A stretch of DNA of 64,000 nucleotides from a virus (lineage: Duplodnaviria > Caudoviricetes): the IMG/VR virus record IMGVR_UViG_3300019742_000001; one strand, 5' to 3'. This document shows positions 44,141 through 55,981 of the stretch, in pieces. The stretch's first letter is position 1, and each line of letters opens with the position of its first letter. Below the pieces are notes generated by a model, which was given only the letters and a program-made list of their open reading frames with translations, did not search any database and was not told the origin of the DNA. A program made the translations under genes and the position numbers.

Positions 44141-44734
44141 TTACAATGACTCATATATATCTATTATCTTTTTACCTAATTCCATATATTCTTTTAATGT
44201 GACATTTGTTGATGTGGATAATGTATAATCACCCCATAAATCTTCTATTGTAAGCAAATTTATCCTATCTAATGTCAACCAATCAGTTGTCTTGAAACAA
44301 TCATATATACCATTATCTCTTGTAACAACGATCAATATCTCATCATTGTTTGTGTTATTGTAAAATAATTTAGGTGAATAAGATCTAATGTTAGACCTTA
44401 TAACATCCGTTGATATTATCTCATACGTTTTGTCATCAAAATGTCTTACTGTCAGTTCATCGTTCTCTATCGTCACGACATTATACTTTCCTGTGGTATG
44501 TGATACACTGAACCCATCATATACCCCCTCAAACCAAAATATTTCAATCGCACCACCTATCCCATCCTCAAACTCTACATCGTCGATTAGGTCGTAATTG
44601 AGTTCGTGCATATTGAATAAATATTTACCTTCTCCAATATAATCAACCCAAAAACACATTAGTTCATTGTAGGGGATACCTTTCAATATCCCCTGTGAAA
44701 TTCCTTTATATGATATTCTTTTATTAAATCCCAT
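44141..44734 (-). CDS. hypothetical protein
   Basis: ORF. Confidence 0.55.
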   Translation of the reverse strand: MGFNKRISYKGISQGILKGIPYNELMCFWVDYIGEGKYLFNMHELNYDLIDDVEFEDGIGGAIEIFWFEGVYDGFSVSHTTGKYNVVTIENDELTVRHFDDKTYEIISTDVIRSNIRSYSPKLFYNNTNNDEILIVVTRDNGIYDCFKTTDWLTLDRINLLTIEDLWGDYTLSTSTNVTLKEYMELGKKIIDIYESL

Positions 44735-44740
44735 AATTAA

Positions 44741-47700
44741 TTACCATGTCCTATAGATTGCAATATATGTAAAGTCAACTTTGTGACTAACACCAGCAGG
44801 TGATGGTGTTATAATACCTGTTTCGTCATCCAACATAAATTCATTGTCACCAACAAACTCTGTTACTAATGTTGCTGGTTGTTCTGAGGATAATGTCACA
44901 CCACTACCAGTTGATGGTGTCAATGTAAACGAAGACTCTAATTCAAATGTTTTATTGTAGTCATCAAATCTAAGTATCTTTCTATTTTCACCCAAGTATC
45001 TCAAATACTTACCTTTATAATAATCATAAGTTATAGCAAGTTGATCTGAATCTATTTTAAGTGTTATGCCACCATCAGTTGTTGTTATTGTTTCGTCAAC
45101 AGTGAATGTTAAAATATCATCAAAATAAATATAACTGTCTGTTGTATTGTTCTTGTAATACAATTTATACAATTCTGGGTATCCATCATCAACAGAGTGA
45201 AATTTGATATCAGCAGTTTCACTTACTTCATGTGTTGATGCTGGTGTAAATACATCATTGTGTTTCTCTGCTCTTGTCCAATACATTAAATGACTAAACC
45301 CTGTTACATATTGTTGGTTGTCATTTGCAATAGAATCTTGATTAATATAACAAGTATAATAATCATCCGTTGATAGTGTATTTGATGGACTTGTAGTCAA
45401 TTCATTAAATCTAACCTGTACATCAGCAGAAAATGGATGAAGACTATCAAATGTACTATGTGTTGGTTTACCTGTAATCAAAGTTTCTACTATTTCATAC
45501 CCCTCACTATCACGTAATCTATAATCCATATCAACTTTAACATTATCCGATCCAATAACATAATTTGGTACCAGTTTCCATGATGACAACTCTGTATCCC
45601 ACGTGTAATTGAATTTCGAAAGTCTAATAAAGTGGTCAGACAAAAATTCACGTGACCCGTAACTAATAGCACCTATCCATTGTTTATTCCACGGAGTTAC
45701 ACAAGTAATCCATTCAGGTTTCTGTGCAATAGATGAATACATGAATTCAGGGGTGTTGTGAGATGTGTCAACCACCTCTCCTGACACTGGACATATACTG
45801 AAATATGATGTTAATGGTTGTCCACCAGAAAGACGTTTATACACATTACTCCTTCTATCATAGGAATAATCCGTTGTGTAAGAAGCTGGCCAACTGTTAC
45901 TATATAACACAACCCCACCAAGAGCATCACCTGATAGGTCAAGATCATCAAACTTAATATATGCTTGATTATAATCGTGGTCAAGTATAGTTGACTTATA
46001 TGTATCTCCTTTTGGTAAAAACCACTCATTTCTTTTCAACTCTAATGTGGTTGCATCATATACACGACACATATACTTATACAATACAAATATCTCATTC
46101 TTGTCTGTATAACATGCCATACCATCTTTTGATGTAGAGAATGGATCTTCAAACTGACCAATCTCAGGTTCAAATGAATCATCAGATTCTATCATTTTAG
46201 GTAAAGCCAACACTTTCCTATCAATTGTGCCAGAATTTATGGTATATTTCAACAAATCTGTTGTAAACGATTGGTATACCTCACCGCTATTAGTATATAT
46301 GGCAACTAATGCATTACCTGTTATAACATTACTTGAAATCCCTGAATTAACTTCAACCCATGATGACCAAGTAATACCATTAAACATAGAATAATATGTT
46401 TGTATTTCATCTAACACATTTCTCACCACTTTTAACTTACCGTGAGGTTTTGTGATATCAATATCAGTAACATTTACCAGTGTTGTATCAAATGAATTTA
46501 TTGTGTCATATGTTTCATTAATATCAATATCAAAGCCTCTCACATTAAAATCATACACAGAAATGTCTTCGTTTATACTATTATAATCAAAATCTGAACT
46601 GAATAAAATATTGTCTATTAGATATTTTCCCGATGCGTCTGAATAACTATTAGTGTCAAGACCAAACCTTATTGTTATGTTTTGGGTTCCAACAGGAATT
46701 GGTATCCCATCTGTAGTTTTCCATCCATAATCAATATACACCGAAGGTCTGAAATCAAACATCGATGTCCCATCAACATACACAGTAAGATTGGATGCAT
46801 AATTATTGCCATTAACAATATACAGGTAATAATCTAACGTTAAAACTAATGGTTCTGTTTGAACTGGAATATCAAGTGAGATATATCCAAAATTATCATG
46901 AATATATTGAGTGTAGTCGAATACACCAAACCGAATTACGTTTGTGCGACCACCTCCATCAGTCAAATATTTCCACGTAGAACCGTTCGTTACCGCACCA
47001 TCACTGTGATACATTGAAATTGTTGTTCCTGACATAAGACCAGAATCTAATGTCCATGTGGCTTGGTCTGGTGTTGATGGATTAACATATGACCCATCAA
47101 CTATTGGATCACCAGTTAAAACATCCACATCAAATGATTCTCCACCAGTAGATCCGATAGTTGATGTTTCCGTTGATGATGTGGTAAATCCTATATATCT
47201 TCCGGGTAACATACCATCTAATGTCGTAGATTCATCATACATATCAGATGTATCCATTACAGATAATCCAACAATATGACCATATAAGAACGGTTTGATG
47301 TTGTCCAATTCTATCTCAACATCAAACTCACCTGACTCCATCACAAACCCACATAATGAAGTTGTTTGTGTCGATTCACCACCAGATTTAACCGTGGAAC
47401 TACTATAAATGGGTGACTTTAGAGTTAGGGTGTTTAGTGTATCATCTTTTGTATATGATCCACCAACACCACCATTCTTGAGATAAGACCAACATGTATA
47501 AGATGAATACAGGTCAACATCACCTGTAACTCCATCCACGACAACATTATTAACATCAGTTAAACCATCTATTGACATTATTTGAGCACAATCAGTTGAA
47601 ACCAATATGATACTATCCGTTGGTCTGTGATAACTACCCCATGTAACTAAATTGGTGTTATTATTCACACCAAGTTGTTTACCAAAATCGGTAATCCACC

Positions 47701-49252
47701 AATCTTCCCATAACTTTGTTTCCATATCAATCATTTGAAATTGAGTTGAACCCAAATCTGGTATTTGTGTTAATATCTTTGCACTACCATTGTAATCAAT
47801 TACTTGTGCGTGAACTGGATGTTTATGGTCAACAGTATCAACTTCGTGTGTTGTGTAATCTGACCAAAAATCGGTATCATCTTCAAACTCAAATATTAAA
47901 AACTTGTAACGATCAATTGTCGATGGGTACGCGTCACACAACTGACAAAGATATTTTGGAGCAATACCATCATCATGACAAATGTATCCACCACCAAACA
48001 TAGGACCTACAGCAGCATACTCATCAGACTCCAAATCATACATCACCGTAGACAGAGCAGTATCATACCCCGAAGGATCGTTACTATCTGTTCTTCGAGC
48101 ACTCTTAATAACCAAAGTACGACCAAATTTCTCCATTACTTCAATATTTTTGTTGTCACCGTTACCGTAACCACTCGGATTACCGGTGTTCAAAATTTCT
48201 CCAGCGGTTAAAAACAGTGTGTTCAATTCTGTAGAATAAACATAGTTTGAAACACCTAAACCACCACTAACCAACGGATAAATTGAAAATTTGTTTGACG
48301 ACTTCCAGTGAAAATCATCATCTGTTACAGATCTAAAATTAACCGACTTCCACCAACCCGAAGGAATTGCTTCTATTGAACTATCAAACCAATCAGCCGT
48401 TGACCAACGATTTTTAATCCATGTTCTTCCGATGAATTTACCAGAAAACTTTGTCACTCCTCCCCAATAAGCCACGGAAATACCTGTTATCGCAGGAGAA
48501 GTATATCCAGATAAATCACCCGACGAACCAAAAGATTGGTTTTTTATAAACCTTCTATATTTCGTACTTGATATTTCCAACCCTGTCCCTGGCCAGTTAG
48601 TATCAGTGGAACATCCACCTGCAACAACGGAGTAGTTATCTACTGGACTAACATACTTCGTATTTGATATTGTGGGGATGAGGTTCTTATAATAACCATA
48701 GGTATCATTTTGGCCATTACATGTAGAATTTTTACCCTGAAATGGAACAAACTCTTTCCATCTATCAGCCTCATATTTTGATATACCACTTGAAAAACCA
48801 AAATCAACATACACATAATAATATATATAAATAATCTGCCCTTCTAACTGAACATATGGTTCGGTTAATGTAGTACAACAATACGCAGATGTACCAGTAC
48901 TTCCATAAGACAAACCTATTCTATTAAAAGTTCTATCTGCCGATTGAAATACACCACCAAATTTATGTCTACTGTATTCTTCTTCGTATGTCCTAGTAGG
49001 TGAAATATTTGTAACATACCCTGTACTAATATCTGTTGTTTTGTATGTATATTCAGTGATTTCATCATTAACCAGAACCATATATACACCATGACCATTA
49101 ATGAAATTAGTTAGTCCTTGGTCAAACCACATATTAGACTGTTTGTGACTATATATTTCTTCGCCTGTCAATTCATCTACTACTGTAAATTCAACCTCAC
49201 CCCTCATACTTGGTGACATTTGTGTTGTTATATCATTGAATCTATCTATCAT
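44741..49252 (-). CDS. large tail/baseplate-associated protein, paralog A
   Basis: 1503 aa; MRGEVEF.VVDE N-terminus; paralog of 50405-54904. Confidence 0.7.
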   Translation of the reverse strand: MIDRFNDITTQMSPSMRGEVEFTVVDELTGEEIYSHKQSNMWFDQGLTNFINGHGVYMVLVNDEITEYTYKTTDISTGYVTNISPTRTYEEEYSRHKFGGVFQSADRTFNRIGLSYGSTGTSAYCCTTLTEPYVQLEGQIIYIYYYVYVDFGFSSGISKYEADRWKEFVPFQGKNSTCNGQNDTYGYYKNLIPTISNTKYVSPVDNYSVVAGGCSTDTNWPGTGLEISSTKYRRFIKNQSFGSSGDLSGYTSPAITGISVAYWGGVTKFSGKFIGRTWIKNRWSTADWFDSSIEAIPSGWWKSVNFRSVTDDDFHWKSSNKFSIYPLVSGGLGVSNYVYSTELNTLFLTAGEILNTGNPSGYGNGDNKNIEVMEKFGRTLVIKSARRTDSNDPSGYDTALSTVMYDLESDEYAAVGPMFGGGYICHDDGIAPKYLCQLCDAYPSTIDRYKFLIFEFEDDTDFWSDYTTHEVDTVDHKHPVHAQVIDYNGSAKILTQIPDLGSTQFQMIDMETKLWEDWWITDFGKQLGVNNNTNLVTWGSYHRPTDSIILVSTDCAQIMSIDGLTDVNNVVVDGVTGDVDLYSSYTCWSYLKNGGVGGSYTKDDTLNTLTLKSPIYSSSTVKSGGESTQTTSLCGFVMESGEFDVEIELDNIKPFLYGHIVGLSVMDTSDMYDESTTLDGMLPGRYIGFTTSSTETSTIGSTGGESFDVDVLTGDPIVDGSYVNPSTPDQATWTLDSGLMSGTTISMYHSDGAVTNGSTWKYLTDGGGRTNVIRFGVFDYTQYIHDNFGYISLDIPVQTEPLVLTLDYYLYIVNGNNYASNLTVYVDGTSMFDFRPSVYIDYGWKTTDGIPIPVGTQNITIRFGLDTNSYSDASGKYLIDNILFSSDFDYNSINEDISVYDFNVRGFDIDINETYDTINSFDTTLVNVTDIDITKPHGKLKVVRNVLDEIQTYYSMFNGITWSSWVEVNSGISSNVITGNALVAIYTNSGEVYQSFTTDLLKYTINSGTIDRKVLALPKMIESDDSFEPEIGQFEDPFSTSKDGMACYTDKNEIFVLYKYMCRVYDATTLELKRNEWFLPKGDTYKSTILDHDYNQAYIKFDDLDLSGDALGGVVLYSNSWPASYTTDYSYDRRSNVYKRLSGGQPLTSYFSICPVSGEVVDTSHNTPEFMYSSIAQKPEWITCVTPWNKQWIGAISYGSREFLSDHFIRLSKFNYTWDTELSSWKLVPNYVIGSDNVKVDMDYRLRDSEGYEIVETLITGKPTHSTFDSLHPFSADVQVRFNELTTSPSNTLSTDDYYTCYINQDSIANDNQQYVTGFSHLMYWTRAEKHNDVFTPASTHEVSETADIKFHSVDDGYPELYKLYYKNNTTDSYIYFDDILTFTVDETITTTDGGITLKIDSDQLAITYDYYKGKYLRYLGENRKILRFDDYNKTFELESSFTLTPSTGSGVTLSSEQPATLVTEFVGDNEFMLDDETGIITPSPAGVSHKVDFTYIAIYRTW

Positions 49253-49263
49253 ACATATTCTCC

Positions 49264-50349
49264 TTAAACTATAAAGTTACCAAAATAATCTGTGTATACA
49301 AATGTGTCAGGTTCGATACTAACAACAAAATTGGTGCTCACTTCACTCTCTATATATTCTATTTCATCGGTATACAACTCAGTAAATACTGGTATTATAT
49401 CTATTCTTGTATCAACAGACACCAAACCAAAATTAGAATAGCAACCAGACTCATTAGTATTTATAATTATGGTTTGTGTTGTTACTGGTATAAAGGTAGA
49501 ATAATCATATTGAAACGGTGTATATATTGGTCTTGTGTCATAAAAACTAAATGTGTTATTGGCACTATCATCACCAACATCAGGAATAAACAACGAAACT
49601 GTTTGTGGTATTGTATCAACACCATATGACTGATTTCCAGAAAAGTAATCACGACGAGTACTTATAAATGTATCAGAAGGACTCCATATATGTTCAAATA
49701 TAGCCTCTATTGAATATGTTTTGTTCGCCTTTAAGTCATAAATAGCAAGTGTGTCTCTGTCAACTTCTAATATGAAAATATCATCTTCATAAATTCTATA
49801 TTTTATTGTATCAGGGTTTAATGTAGAAGCTACTATAGTTGGAACATTCCAATCAAATTCCATACCTTCCGCGATGAAATTTATCGGTGCTGGTGGTATC
49901 TGTTGTTGGTCATAAACTCTAAGACCTGACCCTAATTCATTATTAGTATAATAATCACCATTCTTATTAATGGGGGTTACGTTGATTTCTTTGTGTATTG
50001 GTGAAAATTCCCAATTCAGAATACCATCCCATAGGTCAACTGGTTGTTGTTTTATACCAGTTACGATATCAGTATACAGAACATCCAATTGTTGTGACTT
50101 CTCATTAAATATATACTCCAATACTACATAATCACCATCACGTGTTGGGGAAGCACTTGTACCGTCAACCAACACAAACGCATCAGTAAATGTATCACTA
50201 TCATTTGAGTATATGGTTGAGTATATAGAGTTATCTTTTTCAATAAAGACGATAGTTTCATTAGTTTCTGTCCATTCCAATAATGAATATATAATTCCTG
50301 CATCACTAAGGTCTTTGAATAGGTCTTTTGTTAATCTTTTATATAACAT
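49264..50349 (-). CDS. putative structural protein, paralog A
   Basis: N-terminal ~105 aa near-identical to 54917-55981. Confidence 0.7.
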   Translation of the reverse strand: MLYKRLTKDLFKDLSDAGIIYSLLEWTETNETIVFIEKDNSIYSTIYSNDSDTFTDAFVLVDGTSASPTRDGDYVVLEYIFNEKSQQLDVLYTDIVTGIKQQPVDLWDGILNWEFSPIHKEINVTPINKNGDYYTNNELGSGLRVYDQQQIPPAPINFIAEGMEFDWNVPTIVASTLNPDTIKYRIYEDDIFILEVDRDTLAIYDLKANKTYSIEAIFEHIWSPSDTFISTRRDYFSGNQSYGVDTIPQTVSLFIPDVGDDSANNTFSFYDTRPIYTPFQYDYSTFIPVTTQTIIINTNESGCYSNFGLVSVDTRIDIIPVFTELYTDEIEYIESEVSTNFVVSIEPDTFVYTDYFGNFIV

Positions 50350-50404
50350 TAATACTCACATTAATAGTTGGAGGAGACGTTAACCCCCTCCAACCCATAT
50401 TTTA

Positions 50405-53400
50405 TTACCATGTTCTATATATTGCAATGTATGTAAAGTCAACTTTGTGACTAACACCATCAGGTGATGGTGTTATAATACCTGTTTCGTCATCTAACAT
50501 GAATTCATTATCACCAACAAACTCAGTAACCAATGTTGCTGGTTGTTCTACTACGAGTTCCACACCATTTCCTGTTGTCGGTGTTAATGTGAACGCGGAA
50601 TCCAATACAAATGTCTTGTAGAAATGATCATATTCAAGTATTGTCCTTGTTTCACCAAGATATCTCAAGTGCTTGCCTTTGTAGATATCATAAGTTGGAT
50701 CTAATAAATCATTTTCTATTTTTAATGTAATACCACCATCAGTTGTTGTTATAGTATCACCAGCATCAAATTCAACGACCACATCAAAATACTTGTGTCT
50801 ATCTGTGATGTTGTCTTTGTAGAAAAACTTATACATCAAAGGGTCACCGTTATCAATAGAGTGAAATTTGATATCAGCAGTTTCACTTACTTCGTGTGTT
50901 GCTGCTGGCGTAAATACATCATTGTGCCTTTCTGCTCTTGTCCAATACATTATATGACTGAATCCAGTGATATATTGTTGATTATCCTTTGAAATACCAT
51001 CCTGTGTGAAATAAGTGGTATAGTAATCATCTGGTGATAACGTATTCGATGGACTAGATGACAATTCATTAAACCTAACCTGTATATCAGCAGAGAATGG
51101 GTGTAATTCCTGAAAATCTGCATGTGATGGTTTTGGTGTAATCAAAGATGTCATATCATAATCAACATCGTCTCTAATTCTGGTGTCTAACAATGTATCG
51201 TAATTTTTACTGTTTAATCCATATGTTGGTCTTAACACCCATTTACTCAGACCAGAATCCCACGAAAATTTGAAATTAGTCATAGTTCTAAAATTTTCCG
51301 TTATAGTAGTTGTTGAAGACCAACATACACCATGCATCATAATCCATCCTTTTTTATAAGGTATTGCAGCCGAATAATTGTCGAGGGTATCCTCTTGAGA
51401 ATTATATGGTGAGTAAGTCGGAATATTGTATGATGTATCAACAACAGAACCATTAACCGGATCTATAGTAAAAATCTTAAATAACGACTGTATATAGTGG
51501 TATGCTTGGTCGTCACGAACATGCTTATTGCTTCGTTTTGTATTATCTGTGTACCCCGAAGTATAAAACCTTCTTGGGTAATTATTAGCATACAATACTA
51601 TCCCACCTAATGCATCACCAGTAAGATCAAAATCATCGAACTTTATATACCCTTCATTATAATCACGAGGCAACCCATTAAAACTATTTGTCTCTGGTAA
51701 GAAAACCTCATTTCTTTTCAACTCAAATGTAGTTGCGTCATAAACACGACACATATACCTATATAACACATATATCTCATTCTTATCAGTATAACATGCC
51801 ATACCATCTTTTGATGTCGAATATGCATCTCCAAACACACCATAGTCATGAATATGTTCATCTGTAATCTCTACCATCTTAGGTAACGCCAATACTTTTC
51901 TGTCAATTGTACCTGAATTTATGGTATAGTTTAATAAATCTGTTGTGAATGATTTCAAATTACCATCACCATTCTTCATATACAATGCGACATATGCATT
52001 ACCTGTGATCACATTACTTGAAATCCCTGAATTAAGTTCTATCCATACTGACCAACTAACACCATTCCATGTAGCATAATATGTTTGTATTTCATTTAAC
52101 GCATTTCTTACAACTTTTAACTTACCGTGTGGTTTTGTTTCGTCGATATCAGTAACATGTACAAGTGTTGTAGAAGTTGGGTTGATAGTGTCATAAGGAT
52201 CTACATTACTAATATCATAACTTTCAACATTAAAATCATATGTAGAAATATCTTCATTTATACTATCATAATCAAATGAATGTATATCTGTTTCATGAAA
52301 CGTGAAATTACTATATGCAATATATGAATCTATTTCAGTATTATTGTCATTTTCTGTTCGATATACAATTCTAATATTTGTTACATTAGGTGGTATGCCA
52401 ATATACGGTGATGTATGCCAAACAGTATCATTATATAATGGACGCCAACTAAACCTTGAAACACCCTGTACATAAGTATATGCATAATTATTATCATCAT
52501 TACCACTATCAAGAATGTTATGTTTGTAATCATATGAAAAAAATCTAAATTCCTCAGAGGGAGGAAACTCTATCTCCACATACGAATAGTCATATACATC
52601 ATAATGATAAAGGGATGTGACATTATTCTGAATATACGTTCTCTCTCCATCAACACCCATCTGCCATTGTGGTGTACTCCAACTATTATACAATTTAATT
52701 TCTGTTCCTGTCATAACACCAGAATCATATGTCCATGATGCTTCATTTGGGTTATTAACATCAATAACATCACCATCAGAAAAACTAGACCCTGTGACGG
52801 GATTAATATCAAACGATTCCAGTACATAAGTTGATGTTATATTATCAACATTACCCGCCCATTCTACAGAATCAACATCAGATGATGTGGTAAATCCTAT
52901 ATATCTTCCGGGTAAATGTCCTGATAATATTGGTGATTCATCGTAAATATCAGATGTGTCCATTACAGACAATCCTATTGACTGACCACTTAAAAATGGT
53001 TTAATGTTATCTAACTCAATTTCTATGTCAAACTCACCATCTTCTATCATAAATCCATACAATGTTGATGATGAATCCAAAAATCCTCCTGTGGATGACA
53101 GTAATCTACTACAAGAACTTAATTTTAGTGAATCAACACCCTTTACATACTTTGACCCATTTAACTGTCTGGTTTTTGACCAACATCTATAAGATGAGTA
53201 TATATCAACATCACCAGTAACTCCATCAACAACTACATTATTAACATCAGTTAATCCATCAATTGACATTATTTGGGTACAATCATCAGACACCAATATG
53301 AAACTATCAGTTGATTTGTTATAATTACCCCATACAACATTAGTATTTGATTGAACATTTGTACCAAGTTGTTTACCAAAATCGGTAATCCACCAATCTT

Positions 53401-54904
53401 CCCATAACTTTGTTGTCATATCCAACATTTTGTATTGTGGTGAAGAACTGTCAAGTTGGGTTAATATTTTTGGTGACCCATTGTAATCTATCATTTGTGC
53501 ATGATAAACATCACGTTGATCTGGGGTATCAACTTCATATGTTGTATAATCAGAGTACATATTATTTACATCATCGAATTCAAATATTTCAACTAAATAT
53601 CTTGAGTTGTAGTAAGGATGCCCTTCATGTACCTGACACACATAATCAGTTATATCATCATGTATAACATACCCACCTCTGTTAACATCACCAATGTTAT
53701 TATATTCATCAGAATCAAGATCATACATCAACAACCCACTTGGTGGTGCATATTTATACGTTGAACTTGATCCTCTCACCAACAACTTCCTACCAAATCG
53801 AACCATAGTCTCAAGATTTCTTGTTCCATTATTGTGGTAATTTGAACTACCAGACTCAGCCAACATAAAATCATACGCCCCTGATTGTCCATATACATAT
53901 GATGAATTAGTTATATCACCACCATCTATAGGATAAATAGAAATTTTATTTGAAGCCTTCCAACTAAAATCATCTGAAGTTGTTGATCTCAAATCAACTG
54001 CCTGCCACCAACCAGAAGGTATCGCTTCAAGTGAACTATCAAAATATGCCGCAGATGACCAACGATTTTTTATCCATGTTCTTCCCGCATATTTACCTTT
54101 AAACTTTGTCCATCCACCCCAATTGTATACACCTATCCCTGTTATCGCACTATATGCATATGAGCTCAGACTACCAGAATCCCCCAAAGATTGATTTTTG
54201 ACATGTCTTCTATATTTTGTTGGTGATATTGTTGGATCAGACCAGTTACTTGACAAATTTATACAATCTCCGGTATAACCATAATACCCAAGCAATTCTC
54301 CTCTATTTTTTGTATTCAACACTGTGAGTATATTATCTCTACATAGAGTATAATAATCGTTTTGTCCATTATATACAGAATTTTTGGTTTGAAATGGAAC
54401 AAACTCTTTCCATCTATCCACCTCATATGATGATATTCCAGTAGAAAATCCAACATCAACATACACATAGTAATAAACATATAGTATCTGACCTTCTAAT
54501 TGGGTGTATGGTTCTGTTAATGTCGTACAACAATACGCAGATGTTCCCGTACTACTTGCAGCCAAACCTATTCTATTAAAAGTTCTGTTTGCCGATGCAA
54601 ATACACCACCAAATTTATGTCTATTATATGCCGATTCCCATGTTCTCGACGGTGTTGTTGAAGTGACACGACCAACATCAATGGCAGTGGTTCTGTATGT
54701 ATATTCAGTAACCTCATCGTTAACTAGAATCATGGATGCACCTAACCCATTAATGAAATTAGTTAGTCCTTGGTCAAACCACATATTAGACTGTTTGTGA
54801 CTATATATTTCCTCACCCGTTAGTTCATCTACTACTTTAAATTCAACCTCACCTCTCATACTTGGTGACATTTGTGTTGTTATATTATCAAAATTATCTA
54901 TCAT
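50405..54904 (-). CDS. large tail/baseplate-associated protein, paralog B
   Basis: 1499 aa; termini near-identical to paralog A. Confidence 0.7.
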   Translation of the reverse strand: MIDNFDNITTQMSPSMRGEVEFKVVDELTGEEIYSHKQSNMWFDQGLTNFINGLGASMILVNDEVTEYTYRTTAIDVGRVTSTTPSRTWESAYNRHKFGGVFASANRTFNRIGLAASSTGTSAYCCTTLTEPYTQLEGQILYVYYYVYVDVGFSTGISSYEVDRWKEFVPFQTKNSVYNGQNDYYTLCRDNILTVLNTKNRGELLGYYGYTGDCINLSSNWSDPTISPTKYRRHVKNQSLGDSGSLSSYAYSAITGIGVYNWGGWTKFKGKYAGRTWIKNRWSSAAYFDSSLEAIPSGWWQAVDLRSTTSDDFSWKASNKISIYPIDGGDITNSSYVYGQSGAYDFMLAESGSSNYHNNGTRNLETMVRFGRKLLVRGSSSTYKYAPPSGLLMYDLDSDEYNNIGDVNRGGYVIHDDITDYVCQVHEGHPYYNSRYLVEIFEFDDVNNMYSDYTTYEVDTPDQRDVYHAQMIDYNGSPKILTQLDSSSPQYKMLDMTTKLWEDWWITDFGKQLGTNVQSNTNVVWGNYNKSTDSFILVSDDCTQIMSIDGLTDVNNVVVDGVTGDVDIYSSYRCWSKTRQLNGSKYVKGVDSLKLSSCSRLLSSTGGFLDSSSTLYGFMIEDGEFDIEIELDNIKPFLSGQSIGLSVMDTSDIYDESPILSGHLPGRYIGFTTSSDVDSVEWAGNVDNITSTYVLESFDINPVTGSSFSDGDVIDVNNPNEASWTYDSGVMTGTEIKLYNSWSTPQWQMGVDGERTYIQNNVTSLYHYDVYDYSYVEIEFPPSEEFRFFSYDYKHNILDSGNDDNNYAYTYVQGVSRFSWRPLYNDTVWHTSPYIGIPPNVTNIRIVYRTENDNNTEIDSYIAYSNFTFHETDIHSFDYDSINEDISTYDFNVESYDISNVDPYDTINPTSTTLVHVTDIDETKPHGKLKVVRNALNEIQTYYATWNGVSWSVWIELNSGISSNVITGNAYVALYMKNGDGNLKSFTTDLLNYTINSGTIDRKVLALPKMVEITDEHIHDYGVFGDAYSTSKDGMACYTDKNEIYVLYRYMCRVYDATTFELKRNEVFLPETNSFNGLPRDYNEGYIKFDDFDLTGDALGGIVLYANNYPRRFYTSGYTDNTKRSNKHVRDDQAYHYIQSLFKIFTIDPVNGSVVDTSYNIPTYSPYNSQEDTLDNYSAAIPYKKGWIMMHGVCWSSTTTITENFRTMTNFKFSWDSGLSKWVLRPTYGLNSKNYDTLLDTRIRDDVDYDMTSLITPKPSHADFQELHPFSADIQVRFNELSSSPSNTLSPDDYYTTYFTQDGISKDNQQYITGFSHIMYWTRAERHNDVFTPAATHEVSETADIKFHSIDNGDPLMYKFFYKDNITDRHKYFDVVVEFDAGDTITTTDGGITLKIENDLLDPTYDIYKGKHLRYLGETRTILEYDHFYKTFVLDSAFTLTPTTGNGVELVVEQPATLVTEFVGDNEFMLDDETGIITPSPDGVSHKVDFTYIAIYRTW

Positions 54905-54916
54905 ATATTTTCTCCT

Positions 54917-55981
54917 TTAAAGTATAAAGTTTCCGTAGTAATTTACTATTATTAATTCCGTGTCTTCGTTTGATATCAAATAACCAAAATCACTACTTGT
55001 AACCAAAGATGGTGATTCAATTTCCGATGTATACAATTCAGTAAAGAACGATATTACCTCAACCCTTGTGTTATATGCAGTCAATCCAAAATCCGAACTT
55101 GTACTTGTAACAGTTGTATTTATGTTTATTGGATCAACAGAAGAAAAAGAATTTGTTACACTGTCATTCGGGAATGGTTGTAAAAACACAGGTCTTGTGT
55201 TATACCTAACATAATCTACACTACTATCAATTCCTGACGTAACAAAAGGATGATAATCTATACCAGTAGTCTGATAACCAGAATTTATAGTAACACCAAT
55301 ACTCTCAAGTTTTTCGTGTGGAGGAAACACTACAGCATAATTTCCGGTTATTGTATACTCTGTATCAGGTTTTACATCCAGATATAATAATAATAAATCA
55401 TCAGTTTCACCTATTAAAATACCTTCTTCGTATATTTTATATGATGTTCCATAGTCTACGGCTGTTAGTGATGTTGTTGTGGCAACCCACTTAAACTCTA
55501 TACCCTCAACAACGAAACCGGATGGTGGTGGTCTTCTGGTTAGAGGTGAATATGTAAATAATGAATCACCACCAGAAGAATGTTTAACTCCATCAGGAGA
55601 ATACAAACCACGATCCAAATCAATATCAACACTTGATGTTTCCCATGGCAATAAACCATCCCACAAATCAACTTCTTGTTGTTTAATACCAAGAACAACA
55701 TCAGTATACAGAACATCAACTTGTTGTGACTTCTCATTAAATATATACTCCAATACTACATAATCACCATCACGTGTAGGGGAAGCACTTGTACCGTCAA
55801 CCAGTATAAACGCATCAGTAAATGTATCACTGTCATTTGAATATATTGTTGAGTATATAGAGTTATCTTTTTCAATAAAAACTATAGTTTCATTGGTATC
55901 CGACCATTCTAATAATGAATATATGATTCCTGCATCACTAAGGTCTTTGAATAGGTCTTTTGTTAATCTTTTATATAACAT
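54917..55981 (-). CDS. putative structural protein, paralog B
   Basis: Paralog of 49264-50349. Confidence 0.7.
   Translation of the reverse strand: MLYKRLTKDLFKDLSDAGIIYSLLEWSDTNETIVFIEKDNSIYSTIYSNDSDTFTDAFILVDGTSASPTRDGDYVVLEYIFNEKSQQVDVLYTDVVLGIKQQEVDLWDGLLPWETSSVDIDLDRGLYSPDGVKHSSGGDSLFTYSPLTRRPPPSGFVVEGIEFKWVATTTSLTAVDYGTSYKIYEEGILIGETDDLLLLYLDVKPDTEYTITGNYAVVFPPHEKLESIGVTINSGYQTTGIDYHPFVTSGIDSSVDYVRYNTRPVFLQPFPNDSVTNSFSSVDPININTTVTSTSSDFGLTAYNTRVEVISFFTELYTSEIESPSLVTSSDFGYLISNEDTELIIVNYYGNFIL

Larger units (their letters stand above)
44741..55981 (-). repeat. tandem duplication of a ~5.6 kb two-gene cassette
   Basis: Near-identical DNA at the gene termini of the two copies. Confidence 0.9.

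Noticed and set aside
44741-55981. Diversity-generating retroelement
   Set aside because: No reverse transcriptase in the window; paralog differences are not obviously adenine-specific and span whole domains.
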